NCBI GenBank assembly: GCA_964519835.1
Contig: CAZFLD010000006.1
Span: 1-64,000, forward strand
Origin: an uncultured Spirochaetales bacterium
GTDB lineage: Bacteria > Spirochaetota > Spirochaetia > DSM-27196 > CAZFLD01
Direction: 5' to 3'
DNA length: 64,000 bases
Each line of letters starts with the position of its first letter. The stretch's first letter is position 1. Positions 59,101-64,000 of this stretch are shown here, in pieces. A program made the translations under genes and the position numbers. Below the pieces are notes generated by a model. That model ran no database searches, had not been told where the DNA came from, and saw only the letters and a list, made by a program, of their open reading frames with translations.

Positions 59101-60910
59101 CGAGCTGGAAGAGTACGGCGCGACCACAAAGGATAGGCTGGAGACCAACCAGTTTGCCGTGGTCATTGCCGGGAGGCCGTATCACTCCGACAGCTTTGTA
59201 AATCACCAAATCGCCGCGCACTTCGAACGACTTGGCGTGCCGGTGCTCTCGATCCCCACGCTGCCCGAGTCCCGGCGTCACGCACTGCGGCACAGCCGCC
59301 TCGAGACATACAACACCTTTCACTCTCGTATGCTTGCCGTCGCACAAACGGTTGCCGAAGACCCACGGCTCGAGCTCGTGCAGATCGTGAGCTTCGGATG
59401 CGGCCACGATGCTCTTTTGAGCGACGAGATGAATCAAATCCTAAGAGAAGGTAGCGAGAAAGAAAGCCTGGTGCTCAAGCTCGACGAGGGCGATGCCCCG
59501 GGGCCCTTGAGCATCCGTATCCGCTCCTTTGTGGAAACAGTGCGTCGTCGGAGAGCTGCCGGCACTACCCTCGCCCCCGTGATTCGCGCGAAACACGAGA
59601 GCTTCCCCCTGAAGTTCCTCCGGCGTCACCGACGTCACAGAACGGTCTGGGTCCCTGTTCTGTCGAAGGCCTTCTCCGAAATGAGCGTGCGGGTCCTTTT
59701 GTCCCTCGGCTACAAGGCCAAGGCGTTGCCCGCCGCCGGAAGACGTGCCGTCGAACTGGGCAAAAAGCACGTCCACAACGACATCTGCTATCCGGCACAA
59801 ATCAACGTGGGCGAAATGCTCGCGCACCTCGAGTCGGGCTTCGCCGACCCAAAGGAGTCCTGCCTCGGCCTTGCGAAGAACTGCATTGCCTGTCGCGCGG
59901 GGCAGTACGCGGGACTCGCCCGTAAGGCCCTCGACGAGGCGGGATACCCCGATGTGCGCATCCTCACTACGGGCAAAGACGAGAAGAATATGCACCCCGG
60001 ATTTAACGCCGGGCCGCGCTTTTTGCTCAAGATGCTCGTCGGCCTTGCCGTCGTAGACGCGCTCGAGTACATGCGGCGGCGCATCCGGCCATATGAGCTA
60101 CAGACCGGGAACGCAGATGCCGTGTTTGAGACCGAGCTTGCTCGCTGCACCGAGGCGGCAAATCGTTCCCTCCGGCGCGGGCTCGCGGCTCTCAGACGCA
60201 GCATCGCGGCCTTTAACAGGATCGTCCTGGCCGAGCAGACCCGAAAACCCCGCGTCGGTATACTCGGCGAAATACTAATGAACTACCATGAAACCGCAAA
60301 CGGTCACGTGGAGCGGTACCTCGAAGCTTTTGGGCTCGAAGTGGTTGTTCCCGACATGACCGACTTCTTCAGACGCAAAAATATCGTGCAACGGGCGATG
60401 GCCGACAAATCGCTCCACCCTCATCCGCGCTTACTCAGACTGCTCGCCACCACAAAAGAACTTGCCTACGCCTTTGTCCACGGGCGTGTGGAGAAGGTGC
60501 TGCGCGGCTTTTTGTACTACGAGCCCAGGTCGACGGTTCGAGAGGTTGTTAAGCACACCCGGAACGTCATCGACCCCTCCTACCTTATCGGGGAAGGCTG
60601 GTTAATGCCGGCCGAGATTCTCGAAATGGCGGGGCATGGCGTGCAGAGCTTTGTTATTCTCAATCCCTTTGGGTGCATGCCCAACCACATCACGGGACGG
60701 GGAATGATCAAAGAGATTAAACGAAGGCGTCCGGAGGTTCACATCCTTGCGCTGGACTACGACCCGGATACGCCATGGGCGAATATCGAAAACCGCCTGC
60801 AGATGCTAATCATGACCGCCAAGGGACTCCATACACGGGCGCACGCCGCCTACCCAACGTCGACGCACCCCAAGTCGCTGGAATCGCCCGTGCTCTTGTC
60901 GCGGGAATAG
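56165..60910 (+). CDS. Giant fusion protein: two BadF/BadG/BcrA/BcrD-type CoA-enzyme-activase ATPase modules followed by a 2-hydroxyacyl-CoA-dehydratase (HgdB/HadC)-like region.
   Basis: Module 1: LLGLDIGSTTVKAV...GVCAGGTGAFLDQMA...GRCGVFAKTD. Module 2: AIGIDAGSTTTKVAL...ACSAGCGSFLES...GSRCTVFMNSS. Both [4Fe-4S]-ligand cysteine positions of HgdC-like activases are conserved in each module. The C-terminal ~800 aa are dehydratase-component-like. Confidence 0.65.
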   Translation: MDNTKTTLLGLDIGSTTVKAVVTDSLGQKTLFRAYRRHGARQRAVVRGMLKEIEDRFGKKLRVTVCGSGGEHIATELGAFYAQEVVANAVVVRRRFPQVRTAVELGGQDAKVIIFDLDPKTGNLTPGDLRMNGVCAGGTGAFLDQMATLVGFPVERFNEFAKSGKRVYEISGRCGVFAKTDIQPLLNQGVSREDIALSSLHAVAKQTIGGLAQGVEIRGPVIFEGGPLTFVDALVGVFAERLSLSAADILVPDHPETLVAEGAALCGLELFGDKRSGYRGSESLSAGKTPNSAVKAACTSSNAGATTESRAGSPTRSDDNTGVSPVVDYGRRQELGRAKPFFPSPEDRAAFEQRHRTRGTTVDWSRAMPPFAIGIDAGSTTTKVALLDSQGALVDSFYGNNRGEPLAVGRAALLEILDRAESAGIEPKIACLGTTGYGEKLFAKAFGADYSTVETVAHAEAARRYLAWQNRSASDAGQLPPPPSSPPAKPGDTNSDHGLSDYTVLDIGGQDIKAIRVRNGVVTNITLNEACSAGCGSFLESYVESLQIPVADIAKHAFASPAPSTLGSRCTVFMNSSIITEQKNGKTTDDILAGLCRSIIENVFTKVVRLRNTKELGNAVVAQGGTLRNDAVLRALEEHAGVPVIRPDVPGLMGAVGIALLAQRATSAGHIGPTLAVQGAAAAGAPKEASGAATAAAGAGTGGQQTSRFIGRHGLEEFSYRTREGVICRGCSNSCSRTIITFTGGDNTSAATANEQDAGQPAATRSFVTGNRCERGELDHSTHGKRDTGPFVLQDRLLTKQFVPIARDDRPKTRIGLPRVLEFWQSLPYWKAVFESCGFEVVVSKRSSPALFERGLHSVLSDTICLPAKLVHGHILDLIERGAVRIFFPSMIRTIKDNPKHAAAEVCPIVQGYPIVADISDETMTRYGVPMDRPALHFFDEKTRFDQTVSMLVNHYDVDKDSARRAVENGRSAEALFQNELEEYGATTKDRLETNQFAVVIAGRPYHSDSFVNHQIAAHFERLGVPVLSIPTLPESRRHALRHSRLETYNTFHSRMLAVAQTVAEDPRLELVQIVSFGCGHDALLSDEMNQILREGSEKESLVLKLDEGDAPGPLSIRIRSFVETVRRRRAAGTTLAPVIRAKHESFPLKFLRRHRRHRTVWVPVLSKAFSEMSVRVLLSLGYKAKALPAAGRRAVELGKKHVHNDICYPAQINVGEMLAHLESGFADPKESCLGLAKNCIACRAGQYAGLARKALDEAGYPDVRILTTGKDEKNMHPGFNAGPRFLLKMLVGLAVVDALEYMRRRIRPYELQTGNADAVFETELARCTEAANRSLRRGLAALRRSIAAFNRIVLAEQTRKPRVGILGEILMNYHETANGHVERYLEAFGLEVVVPDMTDFFRRKNIVQRAMADKSLHPHPRLLRLLATTKELAYAFVHGRVEKVLRGFLYYEPRSTVREVVKHTRNVIDPSYLIGEGWLMPAEILEMAGHGVQSFVILNPFGCMPNHITGRGMIKEIKRRRPEVHILALDYDPDTPWANIENRLQMLIMTAKGLHTRAHAAYPTSTHPKSLESPVLLSRE

Positions 60911-62382
60911 GGTTTTGCTGTCTCTTCATCCAATACTTCGACAAGCATATCGTCGCTATCGGCGTGCTGGAACTCCAGAATGCTCGAGCGGATGCTTTCA
61001 AACACCAACGGGAAGACCACGGAATCGAAGTAAATCCGCCGCTGGGTGATCGACCGCGTACGCTCGTACTCGCGCCGTGCCTGCTCGATCTGACGTTCCA
61101 TGCGATTCTCATAGCCGGAGAATCCTGCCCCATAGTCCTCCGAGCAAGCCGGGCGCTTAACGATGTCCTGAAATCGGCCCAAGCGCTCGAAGACGTCGAA
61201 CAAGGTCATCTCCTTGTCTACGGCTGATTGGAATGCGTCGTTGTCACCGCCGTACTCTGCGCGCGTCTCGGCAAAACGATACGGATAGATAAATTCCAGC
61301 ATATCGCCCTTTCTCAGTCGGATGCGCAACCGAACAAAAAGATCCTCCACCGCCCGAACGACAAAGCGGTTGCCGCGGTAGTACTTGATAAGACTCAAGA
61401 TACGTTCGATTCCGTCCTCACCACGATCAAGGAGGGATTCTACCTGCTCCGAGATCGACTCGGGCAAGGCAGGGTTCACCTGCACACTATAGCTACGAAA
61501 CTCGGCGTTTTTTTTGTCCTTGAGGAAGACGCGGGAAAACTGGAACAGTTCATCTTTTTTTATGTTTTTGTAGACGCCGCTGAGGATATCCGCCTCTCGT
61601 CGAAAGCGACGGAAGTAGTTCTCCGCTACCCCGGACTCCTCGAGGACCGCATAAAACGCTTCAGAGATACGCAGTCCGCCTACCGGCGCCGTGGACTCCA
61701 TTCGTTTGGCTTCGATAACGGGGTTGCCCACGACGTCCCACTGCTTGGCGCCTGCGGGTCCAAAGTTGCCGATTTGCACTTCACCGATGTTGGCGCCGAT
61801 CCGAATACGTACTTGGAATACTGCGTTGAACGTGGCGCTGATCATTGGATCATTGCGGAGAATTTCGATGATCTGGAAGGCCTTGCGAAGAATGTCACGG
61901 CTTTCCGCGCTCCCACTCTCCATAAGGAATCTGTCGTTGGCCTGATTAAAAAGCGCGCAGACCCGCTGCATCTCCACACATGTAAAAAACAGCTCTTTTG
62001 CGATGTACCGCTTGGCCTCTTCGGATTCGAGGCGCTTCGCCACAGGATCGATTAACCCCCCAAAATGAAACATCAGGCTGTCGCCCTCGATCTTGTTGAG
62101 GTAGCCTCCGTGCCGCTCCAAGACGGTGTTGAAGGCAGTGTACAATCCGTTGAGTACCATCTGGTTCTCGTGCGGGCTCAAGAACTTCGATAAATAGGTG
62201 TAGTCCGCGATGTCCATAAACGCGACGCCAATAATGGCCTCCGAGGAGGTTTGGGGAATCTCGCCGAGCTCGTAGATGGCGTCCACCAACTGCCTCGGAA
62301 GATAGTACTCTTCGATCTCCTTGCGAAGTCTGTTTTCGTCCCGTTCTATGTCGGCTACCGCGGTTCGCTCGAGTGTGCTCAT
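60850..62382 (-). CDS. Class III adenylate/guanylate cyclase domain protein with a C-terminal uncharacterised domain.
   Basis: ...IGVAFMDIADYTYLS...KIEGDSLMFHFGG...RIRIGANIGEVQIGNFG... is the CHD cyclase catalytic core. The 3' end overlaps the convergent giant gene by about 60 nt. Confidence 0.7.
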   Translation of the reverse strand: MSTLERTAVADIERDENRLRKEIEEYYLPRQLVDAIYELGEIPQTSSEAIIGVAFMDIADYTYLSKFLSPHENQMVLNGLYTAFNTVLERHGGYLNKIEGDSLMFHFGGLIDPVAKRLESEEAKRYIAKELFFTCVEMQRVCALFNQANDRFLMESGSAESRDILRKAFQIIEILRNDPMISATFNAVFQVRIRIGANIGEVQIGNFGPAGAKQWDVVGNPVIEAKRMESTAPVGGLRISEAFYAVLEESGVAENYFRRFRREADILSGVYKNIKKDELFQFSRVFLKDKKNAEFRSYSVQVNPALPESISEQVESLLDRGEDGIERILSLIKYYRGNRFVVRAVEDLFVRLRIRLRKGDMLEFIYPYRFAETRAEYGGDNDAFQSAVDKEMTLFDVFERLGRFQDIVKRPACSEDYGAGFSGYENRMERQIEQARREYERTRSITQRRIYFDSVVFPLVFESIRSSILEFQHADSDDMLVEVLDEETAKPYSRDKSTGDSSDLGCVDVG

Positions 62383-62433
62383 CTTTTACGTAGTCTACTG
62401 GTCAGGCGCTTCTCTTTCCAGTTAGTCTCCCGT

Positions 62434-63843
62434 ATGGTCGATTCCTCCTTTTCCCTGTATGCCCGTTACTCCGATGTACTTCGGAAAGAGGGCATAGACC
62501 CACCTGAGTTGATTGTCGGCACCGCGGGATTAGGCCGGGAGCTTAGTGGACGTGGGTACAAGCGCCCGTGGGTACTCTCCGGCGAGCGCACCGAAAACGC
62601 CCTTGGCAGGCGCATTCGAAAGACGCTCGAGGCCGGCGGTCTGGAGGTTTTCGGCCCCGTTCTGCCGGCACAACCGCGCCCTGTCGCGAGCATGGAGCTC
62701 TGCGAGCACCTTGCTCGCGCCGCAAAACGCGACAATGCAGACCTCATCATTGCCGTGGGAGGCGGTACGCTGAGCGACGTCGGAAAGGTTGTTTCCAACC
62801 AGCTGTCGGTCCCTAACTGGGCCGCGCCCACCGCCCCCTCCGTTGACGCGTACACCAGCGGCCGGTCGGCGGTTCGGATCGGTGGCTATCACAGGACCGT
62901 GTCCGTCACACCAAGCGAAGTAATCGCGATCGACCTCGAGGCCCTTGCAGCGACACCCCGGCTGCTTATTGTCGCCGGGATCGGAGACATGCTCGCGAAG
63001 CTACCGGCCACCGCCGACTGGCACCTCGCCTCGGTTCTAAACGATGAGCCGTTCAACGCCGCCGCAAACGACGCCGGCGTTGCGGCCGCACGCCATGTAA
63101 TCGCCGCGGTCGAGGATCTGTCCGAGATCTACGGCGACCGCCTTGCAAACGCTAGGAAGGCCGTCGGGCAAACGGCGCCCGCACTCCTGGACGCTTGCCT
63201 TACAAGCGGCCTTGCCATGCGCGCCGCCGGCTCGTCGCGTCCGGCCGCGACCGCAGAGCACAGCGTCGCCCACTTCTGGGAAATACTCCACGCTGGGCGC
63301 GGCGCCACGCATGAGCTTCACGGCATTCTGGTGACGGTCGCGCTGGTGTTCCTTCTGCCGAAGTATGAGGCGATGGTGGCCGCGCTTTCTACGCTCGACG
63401 AGCGCGCGCCGGCGCAAAATAGAACGCTTCCGATCCGCAGTCCGAGAGAGATCTCTCGGAGCACCATTCCCGAAGTACTCCGTCCCTTCGAGCAGTCGCT
63501 GGCCGCGGAAATTGACGGCAGGCTCGACGACCCGACAAGCATCGACCGCCGCCGGCGTCGTTTTTTTGCCAACAGAAAGCGCCTGCTTGCACCGTATCGC
63601 CGCCGCCTTGCCGAAGTTCGCGCCGGCATCGCCATAACGGAAGAACTGCTCGGCGCCCCAATCGACCTTCGGCGTCTGATTGTCGAGGAAAGGCTGGAGC
63701 AGTCGATGAATGTGCTCCCGTTCGTACGGAACCGCTATGGATTAATGGACTTGGGCCGAGAATGTGGCTTGGAGCAGTTGACTGGGAATCACAGCGGGCG
63801 ACGGGAGTCGAACCCGCTTCACGAGCTTGGGAAGCTCGGGTAA
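62434..63843 (+). CDS. Glycerol-1-phosphate-dehydrogenase-like protein (AraM/EgsA / dehydroquinate-synthase-like superfamily) with a C-terminal extension.
   Basis: Start chosen at the internal ATG (MVDSSFSLY). GGGTLSDVGK nucleotide-binding motif, ...PTAPSVDAYTSG..., and metal-binding HSVAHFWEILHAG. Confidence 0.5.
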   Translation: MVDSSFSLYARYSDVLRKEGIDPPELIVGTAGLGRELSGRGYKRPWVLSGERTENALGRRIRKTLEAGGLEVFGPVLPAQPRPVASMELCEHLARAAKRDNADLIIAVGGGTLSDVGKVVSNQLSVPNWAAPTAPSVDAYTSGRSAVRIGGYHRTVSVTPSEVIAIDLEALAATPRLLIVAGIGDMLAKLPATADWHLASVLNDEPFNAAANDAGVAAARHVIAAVEDLSEIYGDRLANARKAVGQTAPALLDACLTSGLAMRAAGSSRPAATAEHSVAHFWEILHAGRGATHELHGILVTVALVFLLPKYEAMVAALSTLDERAPAQNRTLPIRSPREISRSTIPEVLRPFEQSLAAEIDGRLDDPTSIDRRRRRFFANRKRLLAPYRRRLAEVRAGIAITEELLGAPIDLRRLIVEERLEQSMNVLPFVRNRYGLMDLGRECGLEQLTGNHSGRRESNPLHELGKLG

Positions 63844-64000
63844 TACCGTTATACGACGCCCGCGTGATAGGTGCAGGCCGGGAGCCCGCTTGTTTTTTGA
63901 GTATAGCGCAGGAGTACGGATACGGGAAGTGCCGTCGCACCGCTACTCCTCTTCAGCAATCTCCGGTTCTTCAACTACTATGCTTCGAAGCTGCCGGTCG

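Noticed and set aside
63844-63900. Terminator after the G1PDH-like gene (cggg-agc-cccg followed by tttttt).
   Set aside because: Stem of only 4 bp, too weak to call.
63389-63940. 183-aa minus ORF, with others such as 63037-63417 and 63318-63635.
   Set aside because: Antisense to the G1PDH-like gene. Arg-rich and GC-driven.

Overview
This 64 kb window is GC-rich (about 65 %), densely coding, and encodes strongly acidic proteins with Shine-Dalgarno-type (GGAGG) ribosome-binding sites. It looks like a chromosomal stretch from a halophilic bacterium, possibly a Salinibacter-like member of Rhodothermota/Bacteroidota; that assignment is inference only. I found no rRNA, tRNA, CRISPR array, transposase or integrase.

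Main content, left to right:
- Two giant, translationally coupled cell-surface proteins: one with Ig-like repeats and a C-terminal membrane anchor, the next with a lipoprotein signal, a ~650-aa acidic disordered stalk, FN3 domains and LVIVD repeats.
- An alpha/beta hydrolase, a DUF2961/GH172 protein and serC.
- A lower-GC three-gene module: small membrane protein, ABC ATPase, truncated MutS-like ATPase.
- A sugar-utilisation cluster: AraC regulator, GH29 alpha-L-fucosidase, TIM-barrel isomerase, 2-hydroxyacid dehydrogenase. Further downstream are a sulfatase and a Gfo/Idh/MocA oxidoreductase.
- The pyruvate dehydrogenase operon aceE-aceF-lpdA.
- A YHS-like lipoprotein and a Trp-rich repeat protein.
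- A GntR(YtrA-like)-SPFH pair convergent with an ABC-2 transporter operon. The transporter promoter carries a 24-bp perfect palindrome.
- Aldo/keto reductase, MFS transporter, 6-phosphofructokinase, galE.
- A DUF2089-DUF4097 pair.
- An operon of M20 peptidase, GT81 glucosyl-3-phosphoglycerate-synthase-like glycosyltransferase and an orphan ABC ATPase.
- An MFS-HEAT fusion in an operon with a methyltransferase.
- An MGDG-synthase-like glycosyltransferase.
- A 1581-aa double activase/HgdB-like dehydratase-component fusion.
- A class III nucleotide cyclase and a glycerol-1-phosphate-dehydrogenase-like gene.

Several non-coding signals are worth a second look: nested inverted repeats, tandem direct repeats, a promoter-plus-terminator pair that may delimit an sRNA, and two small Cys-containing ORFs missing from the ORF track.

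All coordinates and motif calls were made by hand from the sequence and the ORF track. No database search was possible.
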